DNA of 64,000 nt from Macrostomum hystrix (lineage: Eukaryota > Animalia > Platyhelminthes). The DNA lies in assembly GCA_950097015.1 (NCBI GenBank), contig CATNEN010000011.1:1674001-1738000 (forward strand), in the 5' to 3' direction. Shown here piece after piece: positions 52,319 to 64,000 of the stretch. How positions within the stretch are numbered: position 1 is the stretch's first letter; each line of letters opens with the position of its first letter. The translations under genes were made by a program, and so were the position numbers. The notes beneath the pieces are model-generated. The model was not told the origin of the DNA and searched no databases. It worked only from the letters and a program-made list of their open reading frames with translations.

Positions 52319-53680
52319 AACTAGAAATTGGTTATCGGCGTGGGAACTGGAGAACCACTTCTTCGTTGCTGACAATGGCGCTTTTTTCTAAAAGAAATGG
52401 CACGTTTCACTCTGCCGAAAACGATCACCTACTAGCCCGATTGTCTGGCCCTGAATTCGGTCACTGTCGGCTGGTTTTTTCAAACAGAAGTATTTTATCA
52501 GTTTTTTTGGGTATTTCAATGCAGACTTGTAATCAATAAAGTCTCAATAAATGGCATGCTTTTCGGCGAGGTGCAATTTTTTAGATAATTTTTTGTGTCG
52601 AAAAAACTTCTAGAATCACCGTGAACCGCCAGAGTTTTTCTGAACTTGTAGTCGAGGTAAGGGAGAGAAGATTGTCAATCTGCATTAAAACATTTATTTC
52701 AGTGTTACTCATAGAATTTCATCTTTTAATTTTACTAATCCGTTCGTTTTAGGAACTAAAATGTCAAGACTTCGACACTAATCGACAGAACTAATCGATA
52801 GAACGAACAACCAACAAAGATTATGGAACAGAAATCAGGTAATTATTCACGGGGGTTGTTGCGGGGGGGGTTGTCCTTACTTTTTTCCCTGAGATTAACT
52901 CTTGAGAGTGTAGAGACTCTAATGACTCCCATACTCTCATCGGGAATATGAGAGGTATGAGCGTATTTTACATAGGGTAACAAGTACTCATTACTTTGAT
53001 TGATTAGTTCATGGCGATTAATGTCAGCCACACATGATTGATGCTGCAGTAAAGCCAGAGTTTATTGACCATGTTAGCTAAGTGAGCATAAGTTAGCAAG
53101 GTGGAGTACTTGTACAATACTGGGTACGTTAGCTGTTATGTAAATAAGATTTGGTGTGACGAAAGTTTACGAAAGTGACGAATATTTTGGACAAAATTTT
53201 TAGTATTGCTGCGATCTGAAATTGAAAACAAAAAGGCGCTGATGGACAGAGCTAGTTGTTGTCGATAGTTCCTGTACTCGGTGCACTGTACACACTAGCA
53301 CTCTCTTGATGACATTCTGCCAGCACAAGCAACTTCCGTTTGATAGTTCGGTAGCTTCCTTCCTTCCGAGAGGCTGGTTCCTCGACGTAGTCAGCTGTTC
53401 CGTTCGAGAGCGGCGTCCTTTCAGAAGGTGGTCGAGATTAACCAGCTGTGCAACACAGAGACGCGGACTCCATCGAATATGTTTAAGCACAACGTCGATG
53501 TGGCAAATACCGGACAGCTGCGTGCCATCTTCAGAGTCGGGGTTAATGCAGCACCGGCTGTCCTCTTTCACTCTCCGAAAGCAGGTAATCGAAAAACTTT
53601 TATTATTTACGCCATCATTTTCTTCATGGTTTTCTTTGTCTTATTCTCGTCTCCCTAGGCCCTGTAGATTATTGGGATAC

Positions 53681-55094
53681 AGTCCTCACTGACTATCTGT
53701 AGGATATCCCAGTCCTCACTGACTATCTGTAGGATATCCCAGTCCTCACTGACTCTGTAGGATATCCCAATCCTCACTGACTATCTGTAGGATATCCCAA
53801 TCCTCATTGACTATCTGTAGGATATCCCAGTCCTCATTGAGTATCTGTAGGATATCCCAGTCCTCATTGACTATCTGTAGGATAACCCAGTCCTCATTGA
53901 CTATCTGTAGGATATCCCAGTCCTCATTGACTATCTGTAGGATATCCCAGTCCTCATTGACTATCTGTAGGATATCCCAGTCCTCATTGACTATCTGTAG
54001 GATATCCCAGTCCTCACTGACTATCTGTAGGATATCCCAATCCTCACTGACTATCTGTAGGATATCCCAATCCTCACTGACTATCTGTAGGATATCCCAG
54101 TCCTCACTGACTATCTGTAGGATATCCCAGTCCTCACTGACTATCTGTAGGATATCCCAATCCTCACTGACTATCTGTAGGATATCCCAATCCTCACTGA
54201 CTATCTGTAGGATATCCCAGTCCTCACTGACTATCTGTAGGATATCCCAATCCTCACTGACTATCTGTAGGATATCCCAGTCCTCACTGACTATCTGTAG
54301 GATATCCCAATCCTCACTGACTATCTGTAGGATATCCCAGTCCTCATTGACTATCTGTAGGATATCCCAGTCCTCATTGACTATCTGTAGGATATCCCAG
54401 TCCTCATTGAATATCTGTAGGATATCCCAGTCCTCACTGACTATCTGTAGGATATCCCAATCCTCACTGACTATCTGTAGGATATCCCAGTCCTCACTGA
54501 CTATCTGTAGGATATCCCAATCCTCACTGACTATCTGTAGGATATCCCAGTCCTCACTGACTATCTGTAGGATATCCCAATCCTCACTGACTATCTGTAG
54601 GATATCCCAGTCCTCATTGACTATCTGTAGGATATCCCAATCCTCACTGACTATCTGTAGGATATCCCAATCCTCACTGACTATCTGTAGGATATCCCAA
54701 TCCTCATTGACTATCTGTAGGATATCCCAGTCCTCATTGAATATCTGTAGGATATCCCAGTCCTCACTGACTATCTGTAGGATATCCCAATCCTCACTGA
54801 CTATCTGTAGGATATCCCAGTCCTCACTGACTATCTGTAGGATATCCCAATCCTCACTGACTATCTGTAGGATATCCCAGTCCTCACTGACTATCTGTAG
54901 GATATCCCAATCCTCACTGACTATCTGTAGGATATCCCAGTCCTCATTGACTATCTGTAGGATATCCCAATCCTCACTGACTATCTGTAGGATATCCCAA
55001 TCCTCACTGACTATCTGTAGGATATCCCAGTCCTCACTGACTATCTGTAGGATATCCCAGTCCTCACTGACTATCTGTAGGATATCCCAATCCT
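53681..55094. repeat. 30-bp array GACTATCTGTAGGATATCCCA(G/A)TCCTCA(C/T)T, ~47 copies
   Basis: Direct reading. Confidence 0.98.
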
Positions 55095-55974
55095 ACTACT
55101 GTCTACTATCAGTAGCATGATAAATAAAACAATTATCAACCTGACTTCAACTTGTATAGTGTATTAGCTGCATGACACTTTCTTTCAGGCTTGAGGTACT
55201 ATTTGCGACAGCATTGACGTTAGGCTTAATCCAACGGGTTGATTGTTTTACCTATTAACGGTGAGAATTTTTTTACTTTTTGTCGCAATTTTTGCTTTCT
55301 AATTTTACAACAAAAAACTTTGTTGTACTACATTTTTAATTACAGCTCATTGTTTCAACTTCACAGATTTGTATTTCAGAATTAAACCGAGACTCTGTGA
55401 CGCGTTTAATAATACGCAGGTATTACGAATAAGGATGAGTTGAAAATTTATATTATAACACCGCCTTATACAATGTAAAACGTTCGTAATAAGTTTATCT
55501 TAGCTCCCATCTAGGCTATATAGTGCGGACCCAATGTCTTGAGATTAAAGTTTCTCATAAGGGCAACGTACTAGTAGTAGCGATATAAAAAACTCGAAGT
55601 CCATAGGAGCAAAAATATTTTTGGTAATCATCCAACGAAAGCACAGCTAGCACGTTAAATATACGTTCAAAAACAACTTTGTTGATTCACAATGGGCCTG
55701 AGCTAATACATATGGTGAATATGTACAAAACTAAGCATTGTACTGCAGTATTGGGACTAGGGATACTCGTATGAGCTAACTTTGTCTGAGCTCATTCTTT
55801 TCGAATTAACTCAACGAATGCTTTGTGTTGTCTTTATTCTTTCCGCTATTATAAGCAAATAAAAGGAAATCTCGAAATGTATTTCTAGCTTTAGAAGCGC
55901 ATTAGGATAGGTCGATTTATTTGGAATATATCAGATTACATCAGTGCCATAGAGTGACATTAGCAGCAACATGC

Positions 55975-56795
55975 TCAGCACCTGTAGAGTGCGCGGATCT
56001 TGGCCACATCCAGGCTGGTCACAGAGCTGCCACCCACAGTGCCGCCAGACTTGGTGGTGATGGTCCTGCTGCCGTTGCAAGAGAAGGCGGTGCTACCGTA
56101 GTGCATGACGGACTGGTAGTCGTAGGCGGGGAAGCCGGAAGGCAGGGTGCCCTGCTTGTAGAAGTTGCCGCACTGCTTGTTGTTGATGTTGGCCCAGCTG
56201 ATGTTGACGAAGTTATCACGATCGCGACGGCTCTGCTCGTGGTGCATTCCGATAGCGTGGATGAACTCGTGCTGGATGGTGCCGGTGGAGTAGCAGCCGT
56301 TGGACTGCAGCGACAGCTGCTGCCTGCCACCGGTCCTGCCGACGTAAGACCAGCAGCCGCTGCCGCTGAATACCTCGACGTAGTCAGCCTGGTTGGTGCG
56401 CCTGACAAACCGGACGCAGTTTCCGATGCGGGACTGCAGAGCGGCGAGGGCGGAGTCCACAGAGCTGGCGGTTCCGGACACCACAGTGTAGGGCACGACC
56501 TTGGTGCTCCACAGGTTGCTGACGACGTTCCTCAGGCCCAGCATCTCGAGGAAGTTGTTGCTGGTCAGCCTCATGTCACCTTCGTACAGTCCGGTCTCCG
56601 GGTCGGGCTTGGGAAGACCGTTTTCGTCGCTGATCATCTGAAAAGATCAGTTCAGAATTCTAGTTAACGATTGCGAATCACTGGCGTGACAGTGTGAGAT
56701 TTGAGTTTGGCTTGAAAGGAACTTACGGACGGCGAGCAGCCGCACTGGGCGTAGGCGAACGCCACCAGACAGCTCAGCAGGACGACGCGAAACAT
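55975..56795 (-). CDS. Astacin-family metalloprotease, copy 2; join(56795-56727, 56637-55975), 243 aa
   Basis: Same motifs as copy 1. Exon 1 and the 89-nt intron read identical to copy 1. Stop is TGA; AATAAA on the minus strand at ~55921-55916. Confidence 0.95.
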
Positions 56796-56882
56796 GACTT
56801 CGGCTTTGGTTTGTAAGTTCAGTTGAGTCTTGCTTTGAGAGTTGCTCTCTTACTGGAGATTTAGCCCTGCAAAGTGTTGTCG

Positions 56883-56890
56883 TTATATAG
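56883..56890 (-). promoter_or_regulatory. TATA box, astacin copy 2
   Basis: CTATATAA on the minus strand ~92 nt upstream of the ATG. Confidence 0.65.
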
Positions 56891-57672
56891 AACAAAATTT
56901 TGATATCACTGTGAGAACCTGCGGACTACTCAGATGCTGACAAGTGCGCTTTTCAACTGCCTGACGGCACGTATCACTCGGCAAAAGGCTATCACCTAGT
57001 AGCCTAGTTTCGCACTGAATTGGGGCACATGACTTGGTACTTTACATTGTAAAGTTTTTATCGGTTGGGTGGTATGCTAGGCACGCCGTGGAGGTGTTGG
57101 AAATCTCAGAGCTTAAATGTCACGCGCGGTTGCTGAAGCGAAGATTATCAGGAGTTTTTTTTCTGGAAAACGGATTGCAAAAAACCGATAGTTTTATTCG
57201 GAAACTTTTTTTATTCTGGATATCTCTTGTTTCTGCTGGGTAGAGCCGACTTGTCGATACCAAGTGAAAACTAGCCATACCGAGGCTCTTGAGTTTATTT
57301 TTTTGCTTTTGGTATCTGAGATTTAGGCGCTCACTTGTAAAAATCATCGCTTACAATTTTCAGTCACCGTCAAGATCAAAGACACCATGTGAGTCGAATC
57401 TCCTTTGACAAGATGATAAATCTAGCTTGGCGACGACCTTCTTGAAGGTAAGAACGAACTTGCGAACTATAATAACTTGATTAGCTTGTTGTTTACAATC
57501 AGGTACAATTTTTCTCGCGGTTTAACTCTGAGTTTTTTACTTGACCTCCTCGTGGATAGTAAAAAATCCATGTTTGTCTATTAGCCATTAAGGCCTGTGG
57601 GTTTGCCATTGTCCCTTTTGAGTGTCTTTGCTTAGTTTATTAATTCTCTGTTTTTTTGTGTCTATGCATGGT

Positions 57673-57979
57673 GTTGACAGTCTGTAGTTTATCCATGTCC
57701 ATGTTGACAGTCTGTAGTTTATCCATGTCCATGTTGACAGTCTGTAGTTTATCCATGTCCATGTTGACAGTCTGTAGTTTATCCATGTCCATGTTGACAG
57801 TCTGTAGTTTATCCATGTCCATGTGGACAGTCTGTAGTTTATCCATGTCCATGTTGACAGTCTGTAGTTTATCCATGTCCATGTTGACAGTCTGTAGTTT
57901 ATCCATGTCCATGTTGACAGTCTGTAGTTTATCCATGTCCATGTTGACAGTCTGTAGTTTATCCGTGTCCATTTTGACA
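57673..57979. repeat. 30-bp array GTTGACAGTCTGTAGTTTATCCATGTCCAT, ~10 copies
   Basis: Direct reading. Confidence 0.97.
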
Positions 57980-58719
57980 ACCGGTGCTATATATATGTTG
58001 CCGTATCAAACTCGATGTCAATTTAGGGTGCTACTTCGACTTGGACTTAATCATTATTCTAAAGTACTTATATTTTTAGTTGCAGCCTGTAGTTAAGGTG
58101 TTTGGTTAACGTGGACTAATTATTGTGCAACTGCTCTACACTCTGTTTTTATCCCTGAAGTAGAACTCCGGCCTGATGCGGCTTTCAATGCCAGATACTA
58201 AAAGGTACGTCTTGAGCGCTTGAAATATCTTGAGTTCACTGTGAGTCTAGCACAGTAAAGCAAGACCTGCTCTTATCTGCACTAAAACGTTTTTAGTATT
58301 GTCATCTAAATCGTGAATTGATCAGCTCATCACTCACAAAGGATCTACTTAAGCATCAATGACACAAAAGTTGTTGCATAAAACACCCGTCAAAATGGTT
58401 TTACATTTGACAACTTGGACACAAGGTTTTCCAGGTTGTCAAGGTTGTCACTTGTACCGAGTGAACATTTGTTCCGCATAGGAAAGTAAGTACTTTTCTA
58501 GTATGATTTAGCATGATTGGTGTCTGAAAGTTAATTAAAATTGTTTCTTGTCAATGTCATTATCGGAGTGTTTCCTTGATCTTTGATTTTTTTAACAGGT
58601 AGTTGGGACTGGATTATTTTGATTGTCTGTTTAATTATTTGATCAAGGCGTTCTACTATGTACTCATGTGAGTGGTATACCTTGGAGTATTGTTGCTCTT
58701 CTATGCTTTTCTAAGTCAC

Positions 58720-61680
58720 CCATCGATCCCTAGTCCCAAAATAGGTCTTCCATCGATCCCCAGTCCCAAAGTAGGTCTCCCATCGATCCCCAGTCCCAAA
58801 GTAGGTCTCCCATCGATCCCCAGTCCCAAAGTAAATCTCCCATCGATCCCCAGTCCCAAAGTAAATCTCCCATCGATCCCCAATCCCAAAGTAAATCTCT
58901 GATCGATCCCCAGTCCCAAAGTAGGTCTCCCATCGATCCCCAGTCCCAAAGTAGGTCTCCCATCGATCCCCAGTCCCAAAGTAGGTCTCCCATCGATCCC
59001 CAATCCCAAATTAAATCTCTCATCGATCCGCAATCCCAAAGTAGGTCTCCCATCGATCCCCAGTCCCAAAGTAGGTCTCCCATCGATCCCCAGTCCCAAA
59101 GTAGGTCTCCCATCGATCCCCAATCCCAAATTAAATCTCCCATCGATCCCCAGTCCCAAAGTAGGTCTCCCATCGATCCCCAGTCCCAAAGTAGGTCTCC
59201 CATCGATCCCCAATCCCAAAGTAGGTCTCCCATCGATCCCCAGTCCCAAAGTAGGTCTCCCATCGATCCCCAATCCCAAAGTAGGTCTCCCATCGATCCC
59301 CAGTCCCAAATTAAATCTCTCATCGATCCGCAATCCCAAATTAAATCTCCCATCGATCCCCAATCCCAAATTAAATCTCTCATCGATCCGCAATCCCAAA
59401 GTAAATCTCCCATCGATCCCCAGTCCCAAAGTAGGTCTCCCATCGATCCCCAATCCCAAAGTAAATCTCCCATCGATCCCCAATCCCAAAGTAAATCTCC
59501 CATCGATCCCCAATCCCAAATTAAATCTCTCATCGATCCGCAATCCCAAATTAAATCTCCCATCGATCCGCAATCCCAAAGTAAATCTCCCATCGATCCC
59601 CAGTCCCAAAGTAGGTCTCCCATCGATCCCCAATCCCAAAGTAAATCTCCCATCGATCCCCAATCCCAAAGTAAATCTCCCATCGATCCCCAATCCCAAA
59701 TTAAATCTCTCATCGATCCGCAATCCCAAATTAAATCTCCCATCGATCCGCAATCCCAAAGTAAATCTCTCATCGATCCGCAATCCCAAAGTAAATCTCC
59801 CATCGATCCCCAGTCCCAAAGTAGGTCTCCCATCGATCCCCAGTCCCAAAGTAGGTCTCCCATCGATCCCCAGTCCCAAAGTAGGTCTCCCATCGATCCC
59901 CAGTCCCAAAGTAGGTCTCCCATCGATCCCCAGTCCCAAAGTAAATCTCCCATCGATCCCCAGTCCCAAAGTAGGTCTCCCATCGATCCCCAGTCTCAAA
60001 GTAGGTCTCCCATCGATCCCCAGTCCCAAAGTAGGTCTCCCATCGATCCCCAATCCCAAATTAAATCTCCCATCGATCCCCAGTCCCAAAGTAGGTCTCC
60101 CATCGATCCCCAGTCCCAAAGTAGGTCTCCCATCGATCCCCAGTCCCAAAGTAGGTCTCCCATCGATCCCCAGTCCCAAAGTAGGTCTCCCATCGATCCC
60201 CAGTCCCAAAGTAGGTCTCCCATCGATCCCCAGTCCCAAAGTAAATCTCCCATCGATCCCCAGTCCCAAAGTAGGTCTCCCATCGATCCCCAGTCCCAAA
60301 GTAGGTCTCCCATCGATCCCCAATCCCAAAGTAAATCTCCCATCGATCCCCAGTCCCAAAGTAAATCTCCCATCGATCCCCAATCCCAAAGTAAATCTCT
60401 CATCGATCCGCAATCCCAAAGTAAATCTCCCATCGATCCCCAGTCCCAAAGTAGGTCTCCCATCGATCCCCAATCCCAAAGTAGGTCTCCCATCGATCCC
60501 CAGTCCCAAAGTAGGTCTCCCATCGATCCCCAGTCCCAAAGTAGGTCTCCCATCGATCCTCAGTCCCAAAGTAGGTCTCCCATCGATCCTCAGTCCCAAA
60601 GTAGGTCTCCCATCGATCCCCAGTCCCAAAGTAGGTCTCCCATCGATCCCCAATCCCAAATTAAATCTCTCATCGATCCGCAATCCCAAAGTAAATCTCC
60701 CATCGATCCCCAGTCCCAAAGTAAATCTCCCATCGATCCCCAATCCCAAAGTAAATCTCTCATCGATCCGCAATCCCAAAGTAAATCTCCCATCGATCCC
60801 CAGTCCCAAAGTAGGTCTCCCATCGATCCCCAGTCCCAAAGTAGGTCTCCCATCGATCCCCAGTCCCAAAGTAGGTCTCCCATCGATCCCCAGTCCCAAA
60901 GTAGGTCTCCCATCAATCCCCAATCCCAAATTAAATCTCTCATCGATCCGCAATCCCAAATTAAATCTCCCATCGATCCCCAATCCCAAAGTAGGTCTCC
61001 CATCGATCCGCAATCCCAAAGTAAATCTCCCATCGATCCCCAGTCCCAAAGTAGGTCTCCCATCGATCCCCAGTCCCAAAGTAGGTCTCCCATCGATCCC
61101 CAGTCCCAAAGTAGGTCTCCCATCGATCCCCAGTCCCAAAGTAAATCTCCCATCGATCCCCAGTCCCAAAGTAGGTCTCCCATCGATCCCCAGTCCCAAA
61201 GTAAATCTCCCATCGATCCCCAGTCCCAAAGTAGGTCTCCCATCGATCCCCAGTCCCAAAGTAGGTCTCCCATCGATCCCCAATCCCAAAGTAAATCTCC
61301 CATCGATCCCCAGTCCCAAAGTAAATCTCCCATCGATCCCCAATCCCAAAGTAAATCTCTCATCGATCCGCAATCCCAAAGTAAATCTCTCATCGATCCG
61401 CAATCCCAAAGTAAATCTCTCATCGATCCGCAATCCCAAAGTAAATCTCCCATCGATCCCCAGTCCCAAAGTAGGTCTCCCATCGATCCTCAGTCCCAAA
61501 GTAGGTCTCCCATCGATCCCCAGTCCCAAAGTAGGTCTCCCATCGATCCCCAGTCCCAAAGTAGGTCTCCCATCGATCCTCAGTCCCAAAGTAGGTCTCC
61601 CATCGATCCTCAGTCCCAAAGTAGGTCTCCCATCGATCCTCAGTCCCAAAGTAGGTGTCCCTAGATATCTAATCCTAAAG
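58720..61680. repeat. 30-bp array CCATCGATCCCCA(G/A)TCCCAAAGTA(GG/AA)TCTC, ~98 copies
   Basis: Direct reading. Confidence 0.98.
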
Positions 61681-62171
61681 TAAGAGAAATATTACTCATG
61701 CTTAAATTCGAAAGCGAGTTAAAAAGCTTTACGATATTTCTTTTTTAGAAATAATGTATGCAATATCTGTCGACCTTTACAATACGCAGTTTCGCTTTAT
61801 CATAAGCTATTTTTAGCTATCGTTAACTATCGTAACTATAAAGTAAACCTTTAAAACTCGCATGTTGTAAGTTTAAACTTAGACTTGAATTTAGGAGTTT
61901 CGCCTAGAAGTTTACATTCGATTCTGAGGTTGAGTAGCTGAGCGACTAACGCATTTGTGTCTCTACTAACGTCCATGAGCGTTACTAGACTTTACTAACC
62001 TTACTGACTTTGCTGACTTTACTGACTTTACTGACTTTTTCGTTGTGATTTCTTTTGGCAAAAGGATCAAAAGGTTTTTTGTATAGCCTTAAAGCGCATT
62101 ATTAAAGGAAGTTATATTTTTTAGACACCAGATTATATCAGTGCCATAGAGTGACCTCAGCAGCAACGTGC

Positions 62172-63000
62172 TCAGCACCTGTAGAGTGCGCGGATCTTGG
62201 CCACATCCAGGCTGGTCACAGAGCTGCCACCGACAGTGCCGCCAGACTTGGTGGAGATGGTCCTGCTGCCGTTGCAGGAGAAGGCGGTGCTACCGTAGTG
62301 CATGACGGACTGGTAGTCGTAGGCGGGGAAGCCGGAAGGCAGGGTGCCCTGCTTGTAGAAGTTGCCGCACTGCTTGTTGTTGATGTTGGCCCAGCTGATG
62401 TTGACGAAGTTATCACGATCGCGACGGCTCTGCTCGTGGTGCATTCCGATAGCGTGGATGAACTCGTGCTGGATGGTGCCGGTGGAGTAGCAGCCGTTGG
62501 ACTGCAGCGACAGCTGCTGCCTGCCACCGGTCCTGCCGACGTAAGACCAGCAGCCGGTGCCGCTAAACACCTCGACGTAGTCAGCCTGGTTGGTGCGCCT
62601 AACGAACTGGACGCAGTTTCCGATGCGGGACTGCAGAGCGGCGAGGGCGGAGTCCACAGAGCTGGCGGTTCCGGACACAACAGTGTAGGGCACGACCTTG
62701 GTGCTCCACAGGTTGCTGACGACGTTCCTCAGGCCAAGCATCTCGAGGAAGTTGTTGCTGGTCAGCCTCATGTCACCTTCGTACAGTCCGGTCTCCGGGT
62801 CGGGCTTGGGAAGACCGTTCTCGTCGCTGATCATCTGTACCGTATTAAAGGGTTGGGTAGGTGGATTGTATATCATATCAAGAATTCGATCAGTTTAGTG
62901 AAATTTCGCTCATTGAAGAAAAAGTGCTTACCGAAGGCGAGCAACCGCACTGGGCGTAGGCGAACGCCACCAGACAGCTCAGCAGGACGACGCGAAACAT
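62172..63000 (-). CDS. Astacin-family metalloprotease, copy 3; join(63000-62932, 62834-62172), 243 aa
   Basis: Same exon-1 peptide with three synonymous changes, donor TCG|GTAAGC, 97-nt intron ending tacAG|ATG. HEFIHAIGMHHEQSRRDRD and SVMHY are intact. Confidence 0.95.
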
Positions 63001-63091
63001 GACTTCGGCTTTGGTATCAATGAGCACTCGCTAAGTATTAGATCGCCTGTTAGACTTGCTACTTGCCTTTTTGCATTCAGCATCCACTCTT

Positions 63092-63099
63092 TATTTATA
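63092..63099 (-). promoter_or_regulatory. TATA box, astacin copy 3
   Basis: TATAAATA on the minus strand ~95 nt upstream of the ATG. Confidence 0.65.
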
Positions 63100-64000
63100 G
63101 GATTTTTACCAGCAACTTCGAATCAGATAAGTTCACTGTTGAGGCGATTGGGACGTCCTCGGAATCGTCTCGATGTCACGTTTTTGCAGCAGGTGCGAAG
63201 TATCTCTCTGGAAGTCACTTATCGAATTTCACAGCGATTCCCAAGTCTGGGAGCCAGAGTGGGCGTGTACTTTCTTGTCTGTCTTGGCCAGAAATGCCAC
63301 TGTCGTCGGCCTGTTGTTCAGTCACGCTCGACTCTTGCCTGCTGCAGCCGCGATTTTCTGGTTTCAACCAGTTCGACATGGACACTCCTTTTGATAGTCA
63401 GTGTTGTGGGTGCTTTTAGACTGCGCAGATTTTAATAAACACGCCACCGATATCCCAATCTGCCCCATTGTGAATGGGCGCGTGACTGAGGCCTAGTCTT
63501 TTTGACTTTCTTTGAGGTTCACACTCAGAATTTTTATTATCAGTCGCAAGGGCATGGTGGTTTAAGAGGCCTAGTTAGCTGAATGATTTTTTGCTGGAAA
63601 CTATGACCTTCAAACGCAATCCAATTGGCGCATTTTTATATCTACTAATAAGGCCAATTAAACCTAGAATGTCCATGGCTTTGAATTCGGATAACAATCT
63701 TACTGAGCTGCCCAAAAAAATTCGGGCCATTGAATTTTAGAGCATGCGCCAATAATGTATTGTTCTATCCAATGCATGAGGAGAATGAGGCACTTAACCA
63801 ACGCTCATAACACGAGTGCACGTAGCCGTGGTTTAGTTACAATGCTTTTCTGTCGTGCATCAGTGCTGTCCTTAAGTTTTTTTAATATCTTATCGATCGA
63901 TTTGTCTGTAGTAGTGTTCATTGCCGTTCCAGGGGTTTGGGGGGGAGACCCCACATTGCCAGCAAAAGCTTTTTTTTCTGAAAATATATTAAAAATCATT

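Noticed and set aside
53807-55120. 437-aa ORF (ICRISQSSLT)n
   Set aside because: Array translation; no ATG and no unique sequence.
58716-61649. 977-aa minus-strand ORF (LGLGIDGRPT)n
   Set aside because: Lies wholly within the 30-bp array with no unique coding flanks.
62835-62876. N-terminal extension MIYNPPTQPFNTVQ of the copy 3 ORF
   Set aside because: Lies inside the 97-nt intron defined by homology with copies 1 and 2.
51390-63002. Plus-strand ORFs of 235-283 aa overlapping each astacin gene
   Set aside because: Antisense shadows of GC-rich coding sequence; their ends differ between copies.

Overview
Eukaryotic (metazoan) genomic DNA, not prokaryotic. About 47% of the window (~30 kb by my boundary estimates) is ~28 separate tandem-repeat arrays with 3-78 bp units, and nearly all long ORFs in the track are artefacts of these arrays. 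The protein-coding genes I can support are all on the minus strand. (1) Three tandem two-exon astacin (M12A) metalloprotease paralogues at 51.4-52.2, 56.0-56.8 and 62.2-63.0 kb, each 243 aa, with TATA boxes. (2) A three-exon single-pass membrane protein gene with an FN3-like ectodomain (31.2-36.4 kb) and no visible ATG. (3) Tentative exons of a long, satellite-filled gene (a polyQ exon at 20.0-20.3 kb; exons at 587-885 and 1-131). Mobile DNA comprises a TA-flanked MITE and tRNA-derived SINE-like heads. Best observations: astacin copy 2 is a sequence mosaic of copies 1 and 3; 30-bp minisatellites in the two astacin spacers are homologous to each other; and two 13-bp arrays (12/13 identical) form a ~0.9 kb inverted pair. 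The minisatellite density would fit a macrostomid flatworm-like genome, but that is inference only. I found no clearly new multi-gene system.
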